From: Gemmata obscuriglobus
GTDB taxonomy: Bacteria; Planctomycetota; Planctomycetia; Gemmatales; Gemmataceae
Reading direction: 5' to 3'
DNA length: 32,000 bases
Assembly (NCBI RefSeq): GCF_008065095.1
Contig: NZ_CP042911.1
Span: 360,001-392,000 of the forward strand
The translations under genes were made by a program, and so were the position numbers. Positions 23,360 through 30,683 of the stretch are shown here, piece by piece; the stretch's first letter is position 1; every line of letters begins with the position of its first letter. The notes under the pieces were generated by a model that worked only from the letters and a program-made list of their open reading frames with translations, had not been told where the DNA came from and did no database searches.

Positions 23360-24199
23360 GTGCTGTGGTATACAGAGTACACCGCCCAGGCGTCCGTGAC
23401 GGTCCCGCACTTCGTGCGGTGCGCCGAGTGCGGTTGCCAGTACGTCTACGAAACCGAATACACGGGCACCGGTTCCGGGGTCGCGCTTTACAACATCAAC
23501 CAGCGCGGCACGCGGAGTCGGGTCCGCGACCGCGCCGAATCCGAACTCGCCGAGCAACTCGCCGACCCGCGCCACTACGAGCCCATCCCGTGCCCGGACT
23601 GCTTCCGCTACCAACCGTACATGCGGGGCGCCATCGCCGCGGCGCGGTACGATTGGCTCGCCCCCGTCGGTTGGTTCCTGCTGGCCCTCGGAACGATCGG
23701 CCCGCTTCTGTCCATCCCCATGCTCGTCACAAGCGGCGCGTCGATCGTCTTCTGGATCTTCTTCGGCAGCGGCGCGGCGGTGAGCGCCACCGGTGCGTTA
23801 GTTCTGCTCCTGCGCGGGCAGCTTAAGGCCGGGTGCCGGCCGAACCGCGGTCGGATCGCCCACCGGGAGCGCGTCGCCCGGGAGCGGGCGGCCCGGCTCG
23901 TCGCGTACCAGGCGTACCAGGCGCGCCGCGTGCGCCGCTTGTACACCCGCCGCCGGAGGCGGCGCGGCCGCCGCGCCGGGCCGCCGCTCACGGTCGACTG
24001 GTGGCTCCCGCCGTCGGCGTTTTACGGCGACGGGTTCGTCATCGGGCTGTCAGACGACGAGCGCGTGGAGGTCCCAATGCCGTCCGACGCCGAACCGGGT
24101 GACGTGGTCGAGGTGCGGCCGCTGACGCCCCGCGCCGAGCCGTTCCGGGTGCGGCTCCGGGCGATGCGCGCGCACCCCGGCGAATACCGGCTGGAGTAG
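23360..24199 (+). CDS. Hypothetical zinc-ribbon membrane protein
   Basis: GTG start, 279 aa. There are two CxxC pairs (CAECGC and CPDC), two hydrophobic helices (WLAPVGWFLLALGTIGPLL; IVFWIFFGSGAAVSATGALVLLL) and an Arg-rich helix (..RRLYTRRRRRRGRRAG). A ~75-aa C-terminal domain follows. It starts 30 nt after hisS. Confidence 0.6.
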   Translation: MLWYTEYTAQASVTVPHFVRCAECGCQYVYETEYTGTGSGVALYNINQRGTRSRVRDRAESELAEQLADPRHYEPIPCPDCFRYQPYMRGAIAAARYDWLAPVGWFLLALGTIGPLLSIPMLVTSGASIVFWIFFGSGAAVSATGALVLLLRGQLKAGCRPNRGRIAHRERVARERAARLVAYQAYQARRVRRLYTRRRRRRGRRAGPPLTVDWWLPPSAFYGDGFVIGLSDDERVEVPMPSDAEPGDVVEVRPLTPRAEPFRVRLRAMRAHPGEYRLE

Positions 24200-24207
24200 C
24201 CTGCGCC

Positions 24208-24771
24208 ATGAAGGCCGACAACCACTACGAGGTGGCGTTCGACGCGTTCCTGCGGGCGCGCGGGTGCGCCGTCGTGCCCGTGGTGGAGTCGCGCCGCAGC
24301 TACCTCGACACCTCGGAGGTGAAGTCGCCCGACTTTCTCACCCTCGCGCCCGCCGGCGCGAAGCTCGTGATCGACGTGAAGGGCCGCAAGTTCCCAGGCG
24401 CCGGGAAGGGCGGAACGCCGCGCCGGTCGTGGCAGAACTGGTGCGAACTCGAAGATGTCGAGAGCCTCGCTCGCTGGTCGGACCGCCTCGGCGACGGGTT
24501 CCAGGGCGTCCTGGCGTTCGTGTACGACGTGGCGCTTCAGTTCGAGTTGCCCCCCTGTACCCCGGACGTGTTCGCGTTCCGCGGGCACGTGTTTCTGTTC
24601 CGCGGGGTGCCGGTCGGCGAGTACCGCCGGCACATGCGCACGCGCAGCCCGCGGTGGCGGACCGTTCACCTCCCGAGCGCCGACTTCCGCCGGCTCGTGA
24701 AGCCGATCACGCACTTCCTCGCACCCGCGGGCGCGAAGGCCGAAGAGCTTTTGACAGGATCGACAGGATAA
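24208..24771 (+). CDS. HYExAFE-family protein (PD-(D/E)xK nuclease-like motifs)
   Basis: 187 aa. The N-terminal NHYEVAFDAF matches the HYExAFE family signature as I recall it. SPDFL ... VIDVKGRKF fits PD...(D/E)xK. The last ~10 codons and the TAA stop (24769-24771) are encoded by repeat R2 copy B. Confidence 0.75.
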   Translation: MKADNHYEVAFDAFLRARGCAVVPVVESRRSYLDTSEVKSPDFLTLAPAGAKLVIDVKGRKFPGAGKGGTPRRSWQNWCELEDVESLARWSDRLGDGFQGVLAFVYDVALQFELPPCTPDVFAFRGHVFLFRGVPVGEYRRHMRTRSPRWRTVHLPSADFRRLVKPITHFLAPAGAKAEELLTGSTG

Positions 24772-24828
24772 ACAGGATCAAGAGAAGAGCAGTTTTCCAT
24801 CCTGTTTATCCTGTCGATCCTGTCAAAA
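24740..24828. repeat. Family-2 composite palindrome, copy B (perfect arms)
   Basis: The left arm is ttttgacaggatcgacaggataaacaggat (24749-24778). The right arm is atcctgtttatcctgtcgatcctgtcaaaa (24799-24828). They match 30/30, and each is three 9-mers (GACAGGATC GACAGGATA AACAGGATC). The loop is 20 nt. The flank ccgaagagc is shared with copy C. Confidence 0.92.
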
Positions 24829-24832
24829 ATCG

Positions 24833-24930
24833 CTGCCGATTCGACCCGCGGCACGAATGGAGCGAAGGGCGTCCAGGTCGCGCAAGTTCCGCACTTGGGT
24901 CCGCACTTTCACCCTCGACTGCCGGCGCCT
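24833..24930 (+). pseudogene. Decayed, internally deleted copy of the 5' part of the downstream sugar-phosphate isomerase gene
   Basis: Hand alignment gave three blocks. 24833-24850 matches 25083-25100 at 15/18. 24855-24878 matches 25117-25141 and includes a 17-nt identical run, gcgaagggcgtccaggt. 24879-24930 matches 25189-25240 at about 38/52. There is no start codon and about 47 nt is missing between blocks. Confidence 0.6.
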
Positions 24931-24941
24931 GTGAACAAAGA

Positions 24942-25021
24942 CCGAAGAGCTTTTGACGGGATAAACAGAATCAAGAGGAGAACGGTTCTTCATCCGGCGT
25001 ATCCTGTTGATCCTGTCGAAA
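24942..25021. repeat. Family-2 composite palindrome, copy C (two 9-mers per arm, imperfect)
   Basis: The left part is ccgaagagcttttgacgggataaacagaatcaagag. The right part is catccggcgtatcctgttgatcctgtcgaaa. Relative to copy B one 9-mer unit is missing. The arms match at about 19/24. It ends 19 nt before the ATG at 25041. Confidence 0.8.
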
Positions 25022-25040
25022 CTCTTACCGGACGCACACC

Positions 25041-25835
25041 ATGAAGCCGCTGAAAATTGGAATCGTCGCCGAGTCCACGCAACTGCCGATCCGGTCCGCG
25101 CTCGAGGCGGCGGCGCGGATGGGGGCGAAGGGCGTCCAGGTGGACGCGGTCGACGCGCTCGCGCCCGACGCGCTCGGCGGGACGGGGCGGCGCGAGTTCC
25201 GCACGCTGCTCCGCTCCTTCGACCTCGAGCTGTCGGCCCTCAACGTCCCCGTCCGCCGCGGGCTCGATGTGGCGGAAGACCTGCAACCGCGCCTGGAGCG
25301 GGTGCGCAAGTCGATGCAGCTCGCGTTCGACCTCGGGTGCCGACGGGTGGTCCTTCCGTGCCCGAAGCTGCCCGAGGACGCCGCGGCCCCGCGCGCGCAA
25401 CTGATGCGCGAGTCGCTCCTCGCGCTGGCCGGGTTCGGCGACCGCATCGGGTGCCTCGTGGCGCTCGAGATCGGCTTCGACCCCGCCCAGAAGATGAAGG
25501 AGTACCTCGCGGGCTTCAACGTCGGCACCTTGAAGGTGACGTTCGACCCTGCGAACTTCGTGCTCCACGGTCACGACCCGCTCGCCAACCTGATGCCGCT
25601 CGAAGGGCTGGTGGAACACGTCCACGCCCGCGACGCGCGGTCCGTCGGTGTGAGCCGCGGGATGCAGGAGGTGCCGCTCGGCGCCGGCGACATCGACTGG
25701 ATGGCCCTCACCGCGACCCTTCAGGTGCTCGAGTTCGACGGGCTGCTCGCGGTGGAGCGCGAGCAGGGCGACACCAAGTTCGCCGACGTGGCCAACGGGG
25801 TGAAGTTCCTCCGCCGGTTCGCGCTGCCGGGTTGA
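25041..25835 (+). CDS. Sugar phosphate isomerase/epimerase (xylose isomerase-like TIM barrel) family protein
   Basis: 264 aa. The pattern is typical of AP_endonuc_2/TIM-barrel proteins (..LELSALN.., CRRVVLP, LVALEIGF, VTFDPANFVLHG, HVHARD, LAVERE). Confidence 0.85.
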   Translation: MKPLKIGIVAESTQLPIRSALEAAARMGAKGVQVDAVDALAPDALGGTGRREFRTLLRSFDLELSALNVPVRRGLDVAEDLQPRLERVRKSMQLAFDLGCRRVVLPCPKLPEDAAAPRAQLMRESLLALAGFGDRIGCLVALEIGFDPAQKMKEYLAGFNVGTLKVTFDPANFVLHGHDPLANLMPLEGLVEHVHARDARSVGVSRGMQEVPLGAGDIDWMALTATLQVLEFDGLLAVEREQGDTKFADVANGVKFLRRFALPG

Positions 25836-25988
25836 CCACGAACGTCACTGGTTACGGGCACCACCCGCCCCCGGCGTGTCCGGGTCAAGTGAAGTCGAGA
25901 CGCTGCAAATTCCGCGCGCGTCGCGCCCGTCGTTCGGTAAACTGGTTTTCCGCCCTGCCCCACAACTCCTCTCCCGGAGTTTCCGCTG

Positions 25989-27227
25989 ATGCCCCGCGTG
26001 CTCTTCGCCTGGACGCTCGCCCTCGCGCTCGCCCCCGCGCTGCAGGCCGCCGACTGGTTCCAGTTCCGCGGTCCGGACGGGAGCGGTCACACCGAAGCGA
26101 AGCTCCCGACCGAGTGGGGGCCGAAAACGAACGTGACCTGGCGCAAGGAGGTGCCGGGCGTGGGGTGGTCGTCGCCGGTCGTCGCGGGCGGGCGCGTCTA
26201 CCTCACCACCGCGGTCCCGCAAAGTGGGGGGTACTCGCTCCGCGCCGTCTGCCTCGACGCGAAAACCGGCGGCACCGTGTGGGACGTGGAGGTGTTCAAG
26301 CAGGGCGCCAACGCGCCGAAGATTCACTCGAAGAACAGCCACGCCAGCCCGTCGGCCGTCGTGGAAGACGGGCGGGTGTACGTTCACTTCGGCCACCTCG
26401 GAACGGCCTGCCTGGACGCGAAGGAGGGGACGAAGGTGTGGGCCACGCAGGAGCTGGCGTACAAGCCGGTTCATGGCAACGGCGGCTCCCCGATCGTCAC
26501 GGGCAAGCACCTCATTTTCAGCATCGACGGCACCGACAAACAGGCGGTCATCGCGCTCGACAAGACGACCGGAAAGGTCGGATGGCAGACCCCGCGACCG
26601 AGCAAACCCGGGGTGAACCCGTTCTCGTTCAGCACGCCGCAACTCATCACGGTGAAGGGCCGGGAGCAACTGATCTCCGCGGGCAGCGGGTCGGTACTGT
26701 CGCTGGACCCGGCCACCGGGAAGGAGTTGTGGCGCGCCACCTACGGCGCCGGGTACTCGGTGGTGCCCAAGCCGGTGTTCGCGAACGGGCTGGTGTACGT
26801 CTGCACGGGATACAACACGCCGAACCTCGTTGCGATCAAGCCCGACGGCACGGGGGATGTCACCGCGACGCACGTCGCGTTCACGGTGAAGAAGAACGTG
26901 CCGCACAACCCGTCGGTGATCGCGGTGGGAGACGCGCTGTACATGGTGTCCGACAACGGGATGCTCACCTGCCTCGACGCGAAGACCGGCGCGGAGCGCT
27001 GGACGGAGCGCGTGGGCGGCAACTTTTCGGCGTCGCCGCTGTGCGCGAACGGGCTGATCTACCTGCTCGACGAGGCCGGCACCGCGACGGTGTTCAAGCC
27101 CGGCGACAGTTACGACGAGGTCGCGAAGAACAAGCTCGGCGAGCGGGCGCTGGCGAGCTTCGGGGTGGACGGCGACGCGCTGCTGGTGCGCACGGAAAAG
27201 GCGCTGTACAAGATCGAAAAGCGGTAA
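25989..27227 (+). CDS. Secreted PQQ-like (BamB-like) beta-propeller repeat protein
   Basis: 412 aa. Signal peptide MPRVLFAWTLALALAPALQAADW. WFQFRGPDGSGH is typical of planctomycete PQQ-like propellers. Repeated strands follow the pattern sSPvv.ggrvY / G.l.alD..TGk..W. Confidence 0.85.
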   Translation: MPRVLFAWTLALALAPALQAADWFQFRGPDGSGHTEAKLPTEWGPKTNVTWRKEVPGVGWSSPVVAGGRVYLTTAVPQSGGYSLRAVCLDAKTGGTVWDVEVFKQGANAPKIHSKNSHASPSAVVEDGRVYVHFGHLGTACLDAKEGTKVWATQELAYKPVHGNGGSPIVTGKHLIFSIDGTDKQAVIALDKTTGKVGWQTPRPSKPGVNPFSFSTPQLITVKGREQLISAGSGSVLSLDPATGKELWRATYGAGYSVVPKPVFANGLVYVCTGYNTPNLVAIKPDGTGDVTATHVAFTVKKNVPHNPSVIAVGDALYMVSDNGMLTCLDAKTGAERWTERVGGNFSASPLCANGLIYLLDEAGTATVFKPGDSYDEVAKNKLGERALASFGVDGDALLVRTEKALYKIEKR

Positions 27228-27272
27228 CTGCTCCGCGCGGCAAGAAACGGCCGTCCCCTTCGCGCGCTCCGA

Positions 27273-27303
27273 GAAACCGGTTGCAAGAACCGCGACCGGT
27301 TTC
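27273..27303 (+). terminator. Hairpin downstream of the beta-propeller gene
   Basis: gaaaccggt (27273-27281) pairs with accggtttc (27295-27303). The stem is 9 bp and perfect, with a 13-nt loop. It lies 46 nt after the stop. There is no U-tract. Confidence 0.4.
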
Positions 27304-27420
27304 CGGTGCCCACCTCACCGAATCCGATCACGCCCGGCGTGCGTAAATTGTTGTCGGTCCTGGCACGGCTATCGCACACAACCGGCATCCGATCCGCGGG
27401 CGCAAAATCCGAGAGGTGGA

Positions 27421-28686
27421 ATGTCCGAACTGCCCCCCCACGCTGCTGTCCGGACGGCTCTCGCCGCCCGGTTCTCCGCCGTTCGGGCCGAAACGGAGCG
27501 GCTCTGCGAGCCGCTCGCGGTCGAAGACTACCAACTTCAGTCGATGCCCGACTGTAGCCCGCCGAAGTGGCACCTGGCCCACACCGCCTGGTTCTTCGAG
27601 ACCTTCATACTTTCCGCACACGAGCCCGGCTCCCGTCCGTTCCACCCGCGGTTCAACTACCTGTTCAACTCGTACTACGACGCCGTCGGCGACCGCTGGC
27701 CCCGCGCGGCGCGGGGGCTGCTCTCCCGGCCGACCGTGGCCGAAATGTACGCGTACCGCGCCGCCGTCGATGAGCAAATCCTCGCGCTGATCGCGACCAC
27801 CGACGCGGGCACACTGACCGCAATCGCGCCGCTCGTCGAGTTGGGGCTGAACCATGAGCAACAGCACCAGGAGCTGCTCCTTACGGATCTGAAGCACGCA
27901 TTCGGCCTGAACCCGCTGCGGCCGGTGTACGCCGCACCGCAGGACGAGCAGCCGGACGCGCCCCCCGGGCCGACCCGGTGGGAACGGCACGCGGCGGGCG
28001 TGCGCCGGATCGGCCACACCTCCGCAGGGTTCGCCTTCGATAATGAGGGACCGGTCCACAGCGTGTACGTGAACGACTTCGAGATCGCGGCGCGCACGGT
28101 TAGTAACGGCGAGTTCTTGCGGTTCATTGAGGATGGCGGTTACGACCGCCCGGAGTTCTGGCTCTCCGACGGGTGGGCGGCCCGGCAGCGGAACGGCTGG
28201 ACCGCCCCGCTTTATTGGGAGCGTGACGGCGGCTCTTGGACGCAGTTTACGCTCCGCGGCCAGCGGGCGCTCAACCCGGACGAACCGGTGTGCCATGTAA
28301 GCTTCTACGAGGCCGACGCGTATGCCCGGTGGGCCGGCGCGCGGCTGCCCACCGAGCAGGAGTGGGAGGTCGCGGCCGGCGCGGGGCCGGTGGGCGGCAA
28401 CCTGCTCGATTCGGGGCGTTTGCACCCCGCGCCCGGCGGCGCGTCCTTCTACGGCGACGTGTGGGCGTGGACGGCCAGCCCGTACACCGCGTACCCCGGT
28501 TACCGGCCCGCGGCCGGCGCGATCGGCGAGTACAACGGCAAGTTCATGTGCAACCAGATGGTGCTCCGCGGAGGGTCGTGTGCGACCCCCGCCGGGCACG
28601 TCCGGCCGACGTACCGGAACTTCTTCCCGCCAGACGCCCGCTGGCAGTTCTCCGGCCTCCGACTCGCGAAGGACCTCTCCGCATGA
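27421..28686 (+). CDS. egtB: Ergothioneine biosynthesis sulfoxide synthase EgtB (DinB-like + FGE-sulfatase domains)
   Basis: 421 aa. N-terminal DinB_2-like region with PPKWHLAHTAWFFE and the iron-binding HX3HXE as NHEQQHQE. The C-terminal FGE-like domain has FAFDNEGPVH, VSNGEFLRFIEDGGY and VSFYEADAYARWAGARLPTEQEWE. Confidence 0.93.
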   Translation: MSELPPHAAVRTALAARFSAVRAETERLCEPLAVEDYQLQSMPDCSPPKWHLAHTAWFFETFILSAHEPGSRPFHPRFNYLFNSYYDAVGDRWPRAARGLLSRPTVAEMYAYRAAVDEQILALIATTDAGTLTAIAPLVELGLNHEQQHQELLLTDLKHAFGLNPLRPVYAAPQDEQPDAPPGPTRWERHAAGVRRIGHTSAGFAFDNEGPVHSVYVNDFEIAARTVSNGEFLRFIEDGGYDRPEFWLSDGWAARQRNGWTAPLYWERDGGSWTQFTLRGQRALNPDEPVCHVSFYEADAYARWAGARLPTEQEWEVAAGAGPVGGNLLDSGRLHPAPGGASFYGDVWAWTASPYTAYPGYRPAAGAIGEYNGKFMCNQMVLRGGSCATPAGHVRPTYRNFFPPDARWQFSGLRLAKDLSA

Positions 28687-29633
28687 CGAGCACCTGCGCC
28701 TCCCGACGGACGCACGATCAGTTCCGGGCGGACGTCCTTGCCGGACTGTCGCGGCCCCAGAAGCGGCTCCCGTCCAAATACTTCTACGACGCGGCCGGCT
28801 CGCAACTGTTCGACCGCATCACCGAGCTGCCCGAGTACTACCCCACGCGGACCGAACTGGCCGTGATGCGGGAGCACGCGGCGGCGATGGCCGCCCGGTG
28901 CGGGCCGCGGTGCCTGCTCGTCGAACTCGGCGCCGGCAGCTTGGTGAAGGTGCGGCTGCTCCTCGACGAACTGGTAGCCCCGGCGGGGTACGTCCCGGTG
29001 GACGTGTCCGGCGAGCACCTGCGCGGCGCCGCGCGGGAACTCGCCGCCGACTACCCCGGGCTCGGCGTTCACCCCGTGGTGGCGGACTTCACCCGGCCGT
29101 TCGAACTCCCGCCGGTGCCCGCGGCGCGGCGGGTGGTGTACTTCCCGGGGTCGACGATCGGCAACTTCGACCCAGCCGAGGCCGACGACCTCCTGGGGCG
29201 CGTCGCCCGGCTGGTCGGGCCGGGCGGCGGGCTGCTCCTGGGCATCGACCTGCGTAAGGACACCGCCGTCCTGGAGCCCGCGTACAACGACGCCCGCGGC
29301 GTGACCGCGGCGTTCAACCGGAACCTGCTGGTCCGCATCAACCGCGAGTTGGGCGCCGACTTCGACCCGGCCGCGTTCCGCCACCGGGCGTTCTACAACC
29401 ACGAGCGGTCCCGGATCGAGATGCACCTCGTGAGCGCCGCCGAGCAGCGGGTGCAGATGGGCGGCGCGACGTTCGCCTTCCGCGCCGGCGAGTCGATCCA
29501 CACCGAGAACTCGTACAAATACGCCCCGACCGAGTTCGCCCAGCGGGCCGCCGCGTGCGGGCTGCGCGCGGACGCGACCTGGACCGACGCGAACGGCTTT
29601 TTCGCCGTGATGCACCTGACCGCCGTACCCTGA
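28683..29633 (+). CDS. egtD: L-histidine N-alpha-methyltransferase EgtD
   Basis: The internal ATG at 28683 overlaps the egtB stop (ATGA, 28683-28686). KYFYDAAGSQLFDRITELPEYYPTRTE and LVELGAGS (SAM motif I) are EgtD hallmarks. 316 aa. Confidence 0.92.
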   Translation: MTSTCASRRTHDQFRADVLAGLSRPQKRLPSKYFYDAAGSQLFDRITELPEYYPTRTELAVMREHAAAMAARCGPRCLLVELGAGSLVKVRLLLDELVAPAGYVPVDVSGEHLRGAARELAADYPGLGVHPVVADFTRPFELPPVPAARRVVYFPGSTIGNFDPAEADDLLGRVARLVGPGGGLLLGIDLRKDTAVLEPAYNDARGVTAAFNRNLLVRINRELGADFDPAAFRHRAFYNHERSRIEMHLVSAAEQRVQMGGATFAFRAGESIHTENSYKYAPTEFAQRAAACGLRADATWTDANGFFAVMHLTAVP

Positions 29634-29653
29634 ACCTTTTCACGGAGATCGTC

Positions 29654-29938
29654 GTGCCGAAAGCAGTTTGGAACGGGGCCGTGCTGGCCGAGTCCGGGGA
29701 CACGGTCGTGGTCGAGGGCAACCACTACTTCCCGGCGAGCGCGATCCGCGCGGAGTTCTTCAAGCCGAGCGCCACGCACACCGTCTGCGGGTGGAAGGGC
29801 ACGGCCAGTTACTACACCATCGAGGTGAACGGGCAGCAGAACCCGGACGCCGCGTGGTACTACCCGGAGCCGAAGGACGCGGCGAAGGAGATCGCCGGGC
29901 GGGTGGCGTTCTGGAAGGGCGTCCAGTTGGAGTGGTGA
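29654..29938 (+). CDS. DUF427 domain protein (94 aa)
   Basis: GTG at 29654 is preceded by ggag (29644-29647). AVWNGAVLAES..TVVVEGNHYFP...C.WKG.ASYY....NG....AAWYYPEP resembles DUF427 family members as I recall them. It starts 20 nt after egtD and ends 7 nt before the ABC ATPase. Confidence 0.75.
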   Translation: MPKAVWNGAVLAESGDTVVVEGNHYFPASAIRAEFFKPSATHTVCGWKGTASYYTIEVNGQQNPDAAWYYPEPKDAAKEIAGRVAFWKGVQLEW

Positions 29939-29945
29939 CGGCGCG

Positions 29946-30683
29946 ATGTTTCGACTCACGGACGTGACCAAGGTGTACGCCGGGCGCCCGGCCCTGGGGC
30001 CGCTCGCGCTCGACGTGCCGGCCGGGCGCACGACGGTGCTGATCGGCCCGAGCGGGTGCGGGAAGTCCACGCTCGTCCGGCTGCTGGTCGGGCTGGTCGA
30101 ACCGGACGCCGGCGCCGTCATGTTCAACGGCACGCCCGTCACGCCGGCCACGGCCCGCGCGGTGCGGCTGCGCACCGGGTACGTCATCCAGGACGGCGGG
30201 CTGTTCCCGCACCTGACCGCGCGGGGGAACGTGACCTTGATGGCCCGCCACCTCGGCTGGGACCGCACGCGGATCGCGGCGCGGGTGGGTGAACTGGCCG
30301 ACCTCACCCGCTTCCCGGCGGACGGACTGGACCGCTACCCGCAGCAGCTCTCCGGCGGTCAGCGGCAGCGGGTCGGCCTGATGCGCGCCCTCATGCTCGA
30401 CCCGGACGCGCTGCTCCTCGACGAGCCGCTCGGCGCGCTCGACCCGCTCGTGCGGGCGGACCTCCAGGGCGAGCTGCGCGACATCTTCCGGGCGCTCGGC
30501 AAGACGGTGGTGCTCGTGACCCACGACCTCGGCGAGGCCGTGTTCTTCGCGGACCGCATCGTCCTGTTGCGCGACGGGCAGATCGTTCAACAGGGGAGCG
30601 CGGCGGACCTGTGGCACCGCCCCGCGGACCCGTTCGTCACGACGTTCGTACAGGCCCAGCGCGGGCCGGAGGTGCCCGCGTGA
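29946..30683 (+). CDS. ABC transporter ATP-binding protein (osmoprotectant/quaternary-amine OpuC/EgtV-like, no CBS domains)
   Basis: 245 aa. Walker A GPSGCGKST, Q-loop, signature LSGGQRQRV, Walker B LLLDEP and the H-loop VTHD are all present. Confidence 0.92.
   Translation: MFRLTDVTKVYAGRPALGPLALDVPAGRTTVLIGPSGCGKSTLVRLLVGLVEPDAGAVMFNGTPVTPATARAVRLRTGYVIQDGGLFPHLTARGNVTLMARHLGWDRTRIAARVGELADLTRFPADGLDRYPQQLSGGQRQRVGLMRALMLDPDALLLDEPLGALDPLVRADLQGELRDIFRALGKTVVLVTHDLGEAVFFADRIVLLRDGQIVQQGSAADLWHRPADPFVTTFVQAQRGPEVPA

Noticed and set aside
24740-25021. Two similar repeats separated by a ~110-bp spacer, considered as a possible CRISPR-like array.
   Set aside because: There are only two units. 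The repeats are long hairpins of 80-90 bp rather than 24-48 bp direct repeats. The spacer is a decayed copy of the adjacent gene, and there are no cas genes. It is a tandem duplication, not a CRISPR array.
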